This document shows positions 57,055 through 64,000 of a stretch of DNA of 64,000 nucleotides, piece after piece. The DNA lies in the NCBI GenBank assembly GCA_963731065.1, contig CAVSUH010000002.1:36503-100502 (forward strand), read 5' to 3'. The stretch comes from an uncultured Acidimicrobiaceae bacterium. Lineage in GTDB: Bacteria > Actinomycetota > Acidimicrobiia > Acidimicrobiales > RAAP-2. Numbering within the stretch: position 1 is the first letter of the stretch; the number at the start of each line of letters is the position of its first letter. The position numbers and the translations under genes are program-made. The notes beneath the pieces are model-generated. The model was not told the origin of the DNA and did not search any database. It worked only from the letters and a program-made list of their open reading frames with translations.

Positions 57055-58142
57055 TCAAGACCCGCCGATTGCCGCGTTGATGAGCGACACCGTGCGCTCC
57101 TTCGACGCCGTCAGGTCGTACGACGCGGCCTGCGCCCTGCCCGCGGCAGTGAGCACCTGACGCAGCCTGGGGTCTGCGAGTACCCGCGCCACGGCAGCGG
57201 CGAAGAAGGCCGGAGACTTGTCGGGCAGCAGCAACCCGCCATCGCCCACCGTCTCGGGAATGGCGGTGACGCCGTAGGCGACGATGGGCACGCTGTGGCC
57301 CATGGCCTCGGCCACAGGTACGCAGAAGCCTTCGTGGTCCGAGGCCATGACGAAGACGTCGGCCGCCTCGTAGTAGGCCTCGAGCTCGGCGCCGGTCACC
57401 GAGCCGGGCAGCAGGGCGACCTCGGAGAGGCCGAGCTCCTCGATGAAGGCCCGCAGCGCTCGCTCGTACTTCTCGCTGAGCTGGGAGCCGACCATGTGCA
57501 GGCGCGCATGCGGGTCATCGGTGCGCCGCAAGACGTCGAGCATCTTGACCAGGTCGTGCGGGGCCTTGTGCGGCGAGATCTTGCCCACGTAGAGCAAGTC
57601 GGCCCCGCCGTCGCGCGCCTTGCGGCGTGCCAGCGACCTTGCCAGCGCGGGATCCGGCGTGTCGCGCTTCGCCCATATGTCGATCAGGAGCGGCGACGAC
57701 GGCGGTCCCCCCGTAGCCCAGCGCCGCGCAGCTCTGCCTCGTTGAAGGCGGAGGCGGCCATGGCGAAGCGGCTCTGCGGGGCCAGCCGGGCCAGCTGCGA
57801 GCGGCCGAGTGACGTCTCGTAGGCCACGGCTGGCTCCCAGTTGCGCAGCAGCTCCGCTGGGGTGATGTTGTGGTAGTAGACGAGCTTGGGTTCCGAACGT
57901 GCGGCGAGGATGTCGAACACCGGGCTGCCGATGGAGGCCTGGTACAGCAGCCAGCGATCTCGTCCGGACCGCCCGAGTTCGATCACCGGGCGGCCCTCGT
58001 GTTCGACGTCCGGCGTGTGGCTGCCGTAGTAGATGTCGGAGTCGATTCCCGCGGCGCGCAACGCGTCACGTAGGTTCAAGGTGTGCACGCCGATCGCGTC
58101 GCGGCTGGCGAGCGACGGCAACACCTGGTCGACCCGCACGAC
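57055..58142 (-). pseudogene. Glycosyltransferase family 4 (GT-B), one or two frame breaks around 57700-57745
   Basis: The N-half VVRVDQVLPSLASRDAIGVHTLNLRDAL...YYHNITPAELL...AFNEAELRGAG (57684..58196 frame) joins PLLIDIWAKRD...LLYVGKISPHKAPHDLV...EGFCVPVAEAMGHSVPIVA (57055..57597 frame). The best bridge, GYGGTAVVA, lies in the third frame. A C6 run sits at 57707-57712. Confidence 0.75.
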
Positions 58143-58186
58143 GGAGCAGTGTACAGATGGTGCGCGCACTCCGATCGTCCCTCCCC

Positions 58187-60411
58187 ATGCACCCAATTCG
58201 CCCAGGCCTCACCCTTATACTGGTCACATCGTGCCGGACGGACTACCACCTCCGCGCTGCGGCGTCGCGCACCGACGGCAGCTGGCCTGGCGCCGTTCTG
58301 CTCGTCGCCTTCGTGCTCTTGCTCGCCTTGGCGGTGCCCGCAGCCCTGCTCGGTTCGGCGTCCCCGGCGGCGGCGGCCGGTCTCAACGCTCCCGACCGAT
58401 CATCCGTGCCGGCGCTGGTCCCGTCCGCACAGGCGCACGCCTTGCCGGGCGACGCGACCAATGTCCGGATCGACATGACCGAGAACGACGGCCTCGACGT
58501 CATCGTGGCCGCCTCGGGCGGCAGCGTGTCGGCGCCGGGCGTGCCCAGCGCGGCGGCCGTGCGGTTCCACCAGACCGGGGGGACGTGGGAAGTCGACACC
58601 GGACCGGGTTGTGCGGGTCCATGGAGCCCGGTGTTGACGAACCAGAGCGACACCGACGGCATCACCAGTTGGCGGGCTCCTGACGCTGTGCGTGGCGAGC
58701 TACAGCCCGACGGTGCACGGCACGCTGACGGCGGTCTACAACTCGAATGGTCAGGCCAGGTCGGTCAACACGCTGCCGCTCGAGCAGTACGTGGCCGACA
58801 CGGTGCCCGGGGAATCGCCGTCGAGCTGGGCCACCCTCGGTGGCGCCGGCCCCCAGGGTATGGACTGGGGCTTCCAGGAGCTCGAGGCCCAGGCGGTCGG
58901 CCGTCCGCTCCTACGTCCTGGCCAACCTGGGTGGCTACGGCGGGTACGCCGACACCTGCGACCTCACCTGCCAGACCTACCGCGGCACCGAGTACGAGAC
59001 GCCGACGAGCGTCGCCGCCGCCAACGACACCGCGGGCCAGGTGATGGTGATGCCCAACGGCCAGATCGCCACGACCGAGTACTCGGCGTCGACCGGTGGC
59101 TACACCTCGAGCTCCAACGAGGAGTCGCCCTTCACCGCCGTGCCCGACGACGGCGACGCGGTGTGCGTGTCCGGTGCATGCAACCCCAACCACCAGTGGT
59201 CGACTTCGGTCAGCTACGCGGGCCATCGCAGACCGCGTGGCCGCAGATCGGGACGTTCGAGAACGTGCCGGTCTCGACCGACGGATCCGGGACACCCGTA
59301 CGACGCCGGCTACGGGCGGGTCGACTACCATCACGATCGAGGGAAGCGCGCAGATCGATCACCATCCCCGGCACGGAGTTCTATGTCGACCTCGGTCTGA
59401 AGTCGGACTTCTTCGCCGTCACCTGGACCAACGGCTGCGCGCTCTCCATCGTCGGCCAGGGATGGGGTCACGGCATCGGCATGGGTCAGTGGGGCGCACT
59501 CGGGTACGCCATCGGGCAGGACCACGGCGACGGGAACTGGAGCTATCAGCAGATCGTGGATCACTACTACGGGCCGGCGACGCTGGGCAACCTGCCCGGC
59601 GGCGCCAGCTCGGTCGACGGCTCGAGCGGCGGGGTCGGCGGGTACTGGATCAACGCCGTCGACGGCGGCGTGTTCAGCTTCGGCAACGCGCAGTTCTACG
59701 GGAGCACCGGAGGCATGGTGCTCAACCAACCCGTCGTCGGCATGGCCTCGACGCACGACGCCAACGGCTACTGGGAGGTGGCGAGCGACGGCGGCGTCTT
59801 CAGCTTCGGCGACGCCCAGTTCCACGGCAGCACCGGGAGCATCCATTTGAACAAGCCAATGGTGGGCATGGCGGTGACACCCGACGGCGGCGGCTACTGG
59901 CTGGTGGCCTCCGACGGCGGCATCTTCGCCTACGGCAATGCGCAGTTCTACGGCAGCACGGGCAGCATCGCGCTCAACAAGCCGATCATCGGCATGGTGC
60001 CGACCCACGACGGCGGCGGCTACTGGCTCATCGCATCCGACGGCGGCGTCTTCGCCTTCGGCGACGCCGGCTTCTTCGGCTCGCTGGGCGGCGCCCCGCC
60101 GTCCACCGCGCTGGTCGGCGTGGCCCCGACCCCCGACGGCGGCGGGTACTGGGTGCTCGGCGCCAACGGGAGCGTCTACGACTTCGGCGACGCGCCGCAG
60201 TGTCGCGATCTCTCCCGTCTCGCCGGCGCTCAGCACGCTGAAAAGCCCCATGACGGGCCTGATCCCCGACTTCAGCGGGCAGGGCTTCGACGCCGTGAAC
60301 GCCAGCGGGCAGGCCTTCGCCTTCGGTGACGCGCCCTATTTCGGCGACGTGACCACTGCCGTGCCGGGGTATGCGGGCCATGCCGTGGGCATCGCCGTCA
60401 CGCCCGGCTGA
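58187..60411 (+). pseudogene. Secreted SpoIID/LytB-domain protein with six C-terminal ~40-aa repeats; at least eight +1 frame breaks
   Basis: Signal/anchor GAVLLVAFVLLLALAVPAALLGSASPAAAAG. SpoIID core VNTLPLEQYVADTVPGESPSSW...ELEAQAV|AVRSYVLANLGG...TTEYSASTGGYT...WPQIGTFENV...TIPGTEFYVDLGLKSDFF. Six repeats of YWxxASDGGVFxFGxAxFxGS. Frames change near 58685, 58899, 59221, 59234, 59298, 59323, 59357 and 60200. Confidence 0.75.
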
Positions 60412-61171
60412 CGCTCGGCTGACACCGCCGCTGACAGCGGCCACCTCGGCCAGGCGCGGGAACCGCCGCAGCCGCCCGAGCGGGCCCAGGCGCCCGGCGT
60501 CCACGCCGTGGTCCGCCGCGTTGAGCAGGCGCAGATCACCGCGGCTGTTGCCGTAGGCCCACAGCACCGGCTGCTCGCCGCCGTTGTTCGAGAGCAGGCC
60601 GCGCGACCTGAGGTGGCCGATCAGCCGGGCGTACTTCTCGGCGCCGCGGCAGTTCTTCCCCTCGTAGCCGCCGGTGAGCAGCCCGCCGCCGCCGACGGCC
60701 AGCCGCGTGGCGACGACGCCGTCCACGCCGAGCTCCTCGCCCGCCGGGCTGACGTAGCACTCGGGTGAGGCCGAGACGATGACGGTGTAGTGGCCCTGCC
60801 GTTGGTGCCACTCGAGCCGGCGCCGGGCGTCGGCGCGCAGGTGCCGCTGCAGGTGGCGGTGGGCGAAGACGGCCGAGCGACGGTCGACCTCCTCGACGGA
60901 GAGGCCTCCGAGGAGGCGGTGGAACAGCTTCTCCTTGACCTCGTCGGCGGCCGTGCCGCCGGTGATCGCCGCCCGCACGAGGGCGGGGGAGAGCCGCAGC
61001 GCCGCGCGCGAGCACGGGCAGAAGGCCGCGCAGGCTGACGAGGAAGGGGAACACGCTGCCGCCGTCGGTCAGCGTGCCGTCGAAGTCGAAGGCCGCGACG
61101 GTCGGGCGGGCCGGCGGACCCTGCCCGTTCGTGGTGTCGTCAGTCGAGCGCAACGCCACGACGGCCGGCAC
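60398..61171 (-). pseudogene. HAD-IB family hydrolase, frame break near 61010; 3' end uncertain
   Basis: Motif I AAFDFDGTLT (60536..61171 frame) joins LRLSPALVRAAITGGTAADEVKEKLF...YTVIVSASPE...GKNCRGAEK...WAYGNSRGDLRLL (60028..60978 frame). The in-frame ORF then runs antisense through the SpoIID 3' end, so the true stop is probably displaced. The start overlaps the hydratase 3' end. Confidence 0.6.
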
Positions 61172-61967
61172 CCCCTGCGAACCGGACCGCTCCCTCGAGC
61201 GTCTCCCCGCTGCGCACGACGTCGCGCCCGCGCCGGGCCTCGTTGCGAGCCGCCTCCTCCTCGGTCAGTCCCCACTGCTCCAGCGCGCTCATGCGGTCGG
61301 AGCGCAGGCAGATCTGGGGCAGCGCGGCCAGTTGGTGGGCCAGGGCCACGGCCGCCGGCAGCGCCTCGCCCGGAGCGACGACCCGGTTGGCCAGCCCCAT
61401 GGTGAGCGCCTCGGGGGCCGGCACGGCACGTCCGGTGAGGATCAGGTCCATGGCCCGCCCGTGCCCGACGATGCGAGGGAGCCGCACCGTGCCGAGATCG
61501 CACAGCGGCACGCCGAAGCGCCGGCAGAAGACCCCGAAGATCGCGTCCTCGGCCACCACCCGCAGGTCGCACCAGAGCGCGAGCTCGATCCCACCGGCCA
61601 CGGCGTAGCCCTCCACGGCGGCGATCACCGGCTTGCCCAGGGTCAGGCGGGTCGGCCCCATCGGCCCCGGGCCGTCGTCGGGGATGGGCCGGCGGTCCCC
61701 CTCGGCGACCGCCTTGAGGTCGGCGCCGGCGCAGAAGGTCCCGGCCGCTCCGGCCAGCACGGCCACCGAGCGCTCGTCGTCGCCGTCGAAGGCCAGGAAG
61801 GCCTCCCGGAGCTGATCGGCGCAGACGCTGTCGACGGCGTTGCGGCGCTCGGGCCGGTTGATGGTGACCACGGTCACGGGACCGTCGTGCTCGACCAGCA
61901 GGGAGTCGGCCCGGTACGGCTGGTAGGGCCCGGGTGAGGGCTCGTCTGCCGCCGGCGTCGGACGCAT
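61140..61967 (-). CDS. Enoyl-CoA hydratase/isomerase (crotonase) family protein
   Basis: [22 protein letters not shown] and [21 protein letters not shown] oxyanion-hole motifs. Start at MRPTPAADE (61967). Confidence 0.85.
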   Translation of the reverse strand: MRPTPAADEPSPGPYQPYRADSLLVEHDGPVTVVTINRPERRNAVDSVCADQLREAFLAFDGDDERSVAVLAGAAGTFCAGADLKAVAEGDRRPIPDDGPGPMGPTRLTLGKPVIAAVEGYAVAGGIELALWCDLRVVAEDAIFGVFCRRFGVPLCDLGTVRLPRIVGHGRAMDLILTGRAVPAPEALTMGLANRVVAPGEALPAAVALAHQLAALPQICLRSDRMSALEQWGLTEEEAARNEARRGRDVVRSGETLEGAVRFAGGAGRRGVALD

Positions 61968-62157
61968 GGAGGCATTCTCGCACGGCCCGGCTGGGGTGTC
62001 CGCACATGGAGTTCCCGCTCGTCCCCAGGTGAAGGGCCCTTTTCCGGTCCGGACCGCGGCCGGTGGCAAATATGACCAAACGTGTCGACAATTGGTGGAT
62101 CAGCCGGTAAGGTCACAGTCCGCATCTACGGACCCTCACCATTTCAGGAGGAGCACA

Positions 62158-62794
62158 ATGGCAGTACGACTCGGGGACACCGCCCCCGACTTCACGGCGG
62201 ACACCACCGAAGGCACGATCAACTTCCACGAGTGGCTGGGCGACAGCTGGGGGATCCTCTTCTCCCACCCCAAGGACTTCACGCCGGTCTGCACGACCGA
62301 GCTCGGGCGCCTTCTCCAAGGCCAAGCCCGAGTTCGACAAGCGCAACGCCAAGCTCATCGGCCTCTCGGTCGACTCGGTCGAGTCCCACAGGGCTGGGCC
62401 GGCGACATCGAGGAGACGCAGGGCTCGGCCCTGGCCTTCCCGCTGATCGGCGACGAGGACCGCAAGGTGGCGGACCTCTACGACATGATCCACCCCAACG
62501 CCGAACGACACGCTGACCGTGCGCTCGGTCTTCATCATCGGGCCCGACAAGAAGGTCAAGCTGACGCTGACCTACCCGGCCTCGACGGGTCGCAACGTCG
62601 ACGAGATCCTCCGCGTGCTCGACTCGCTGCAGCTGACCGCCGACTACACGGTGGCCACGCCGGTCAACTGGACCGAGGGTGACGACGTCATCATCGTCCC
62701 CGCGCTCAGCGACGACGAGGCCAAGGACCGCTTCCCCAAGGGCTGGAAGGCCCTGAAGCCCTACCTGCGGGTGACGCCCCAGCCCAACCGCTGA
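62158..62794 (+). pseudogene. 1-Cys peroxiredoxin (Prx6-type), three frame breaks, two of them mutually compensating
   Basis: [20 protein letters not shown]...[20 protein letters not shown] (frame 1), [26 protein letters not shown] (frame 2), [37 protein letters not shown] (frame 1), [44 protein letters not shown]...LRVTPQPNR (frame 2). Confidence 0.85.
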
Positions 62795-62889
62795 GGAATC
62801 GCCTGGAGGCCCGATCCCGTCGGGCGTGAGCACGTGACCTGCCGGCCCCCCCGGGCCGGCTGGTCCGCGTCCGGGCTACCGTTCGGCGC

Positions 62890-63606
62890 ATGAGCGTGTC
62901 CACCCGCTACGAGACCATCGTCACTCCGGACGGCGCCGGCTTCGATGCCTTCTGTGCCGTCCCCGAAGGCGGGTCGGGCCCCGGGATCCTCCTCTTTCAA
63001 GAGATCTTCGGCATCAACGACAACATGCGGGGCCTGGCCGAGAAGCTCGCGCGCCAGGGCTACGTGGTGCTCGTCCCGGACATGTTCTGGCGCGTTGAGC
63101 CCCGGTTCGAGCGGAAGGACGAATCGGGCCTGGGCGACGCCTTCGCGATCGTGCAGCAGTTCGACTTCTCGGCCGCCGTGGGTGACATCCAGTCCACCCA
63201 CGCCCACCTCCTGTCGATGGGGGAGTGCTCCGGCAAGGTCGGCGCCGTCGGGTTCTGCCTCGGTGGCGGACTGGCCTTCGCCGCGGCAACGCTGAGCCGG
63301 GTCGACGGCCACGGTCCCGACGCGGCCGTCTGCTACTACGGCTCTGGGGTCAACGAGCTGCTCGGTCACGTGGACGCACTTGAGTGTCCCTGCATGTTCC
63401 ACTACGGCAGCAACGACACGTTCATCCCGACCGAGAACATCACGGAGGTCGAGCAGGCCGTCGCCGGCCGGCCCGGAGTGGAATTCCACCGCTACGAGGC
63501 AGGCCACGCGTTCAGCAATTGGGATGCGCCGTCCATGTACGACGAGGCTGCGGCCGACGAGGCCTGGTCCAGGACCCTCGCCTTCTTCGGCACCCACCTC
63601 ACGTAG
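62890..63606 (+). CDS. Dienelactone hydrolase family protein
   Basis: GILLFQEIFGIN, nucleophile elbow GAVGFCLGGGLA, C-terminal GHAF. Confidence 0.85.
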   Translation: MSVSTRYETIVTPDGAGFDAFCAVPEGGSGPGILLFQEIFGINDNMRGLAEKLARQGYVVLVPDMFWRVEPRFERKDESGLGDAFAIVQQFDFSAAVGDIQSTHAHLLSMGECSGKVGAVGFCLGGGLAFAAATLSRVDGHGPDAAVCYYGSGVNELLGHVDALECPCMFHYGSNDTFIPTENITEVEQAVAGRPGVEFHRYEAGHAFSNWDAPSMYDEAAADEAWSRTLAFFGTHLT

Positions 63607-64000
63607 GCGGGGGCGGCTCAGGCCGAGGACGGGCCACCAGCTCGTCGCGCAGCTCCCGCTTGAGGACCTTTCCCTGCGGGTTGCGCGGCAGCGGCTCGGA
63701 ACGGAACCAGATGTGCGTCGGCACCATGAAGCCGGCGAGCCGCGCCTTCACGTGCACCTGCAGCTCGTCCGCCGTCACCTTGGCCCCCGGCCGCAGGACG
63801 ATGACGGCCCCCACCTCCTCGCCGAGCGTGGGATGGGGCACGCCGATGACGGCGCAATCGGCCACGGCGGGGTGCTCGAAGAGGGCGGCCTCCACCTGCA
63901 CCGAGTACACGTTCTCGCCGCCCCGGATGATCATGTCCTTGGCCCGGTCGACGATGTAGATGAAGTCCTCGTCGTCGAGTTGGGCGACGTCGCCGGTGTG
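63599..64000 (-). CDS. AMP-dependent synthetase/ligase (acyl-CoA synthetase), C-terminal part; 5' end outside window
   Basis: HTGDVAQLDDEDFIYIVDRAKDMIIRGGENVYSVQVEAAL...PLPRNPQGKVLKRELR is the conserved C-terminal subdomain of ANL adenylating enzymes. Stop at 63599. Confidence 0.85.
   Translation of the reverse strand, partial: HTGDVAQLDDEDFIYIVDRAKDMIIRGGENVYSVQVEAALFEHPAVADCAVIGVPHPTLGEEVGAVIVLRPGAKVTADELQVHVKARLAGFMVPTHIWFRSEPLPRNPQGKVLKRELRDELVARPRPEPPPPT

Overview
High-GC, actinobacterial-type chromosomal window, densely coding on both strands. About 65 genes were recognised by reading motifs in the six-frame track; no database search was run. The left half is mostly housekeeping and redox genes: a pilB-like ATPase, rph, rdgB, two F420-type LLM oxidoreductases, a nitroreductase, a hotdog-dehydratase pair, a MoxR-DUF58-transglutaminase operon, a P450, SDRs and glycerate kinase. 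It also holds a visibly lower-GC accessory patch (about 5440-11100). A mobile-element scar (truncated large serine recombinase, tRNA-like fragment, G11 tract) lies beside tRNA-Leu(TAG) and clpP. From 39442 to about 58142 there is an 18-19 kb ABC-transporter-dependent glycan assembly locus. It contains wzm, wzt with a C-terminal glycan-binding-type domain, a coiled-coil methyltransferase, eight glycosyltransferase genes, an FkbM and a further SAM methyltransferase, and a PIG-V-like GT-C. A SpoIID-domain protein with six C-terminal repeats follows it. The most pervasive oddity is that about 17 otherwise well-conserved genes need one or more frame changes, mostly +1 insertions of G or C. This means either insertion-biased consensus error or widespread gene decay. 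Other unexplained signals: a 25-bp tandem repeat array, a roughly 560-bp structured non-coding gap, a 13-aa x 4.5 acidic repeat micro-ORF and an orphan Shine-Dalgarno flanking the P450, paired GTTGGCCAAC palindromes, and a decayed paralog of a large GT-C-like membrane protein. No CRISPR array or rRNA was seen.
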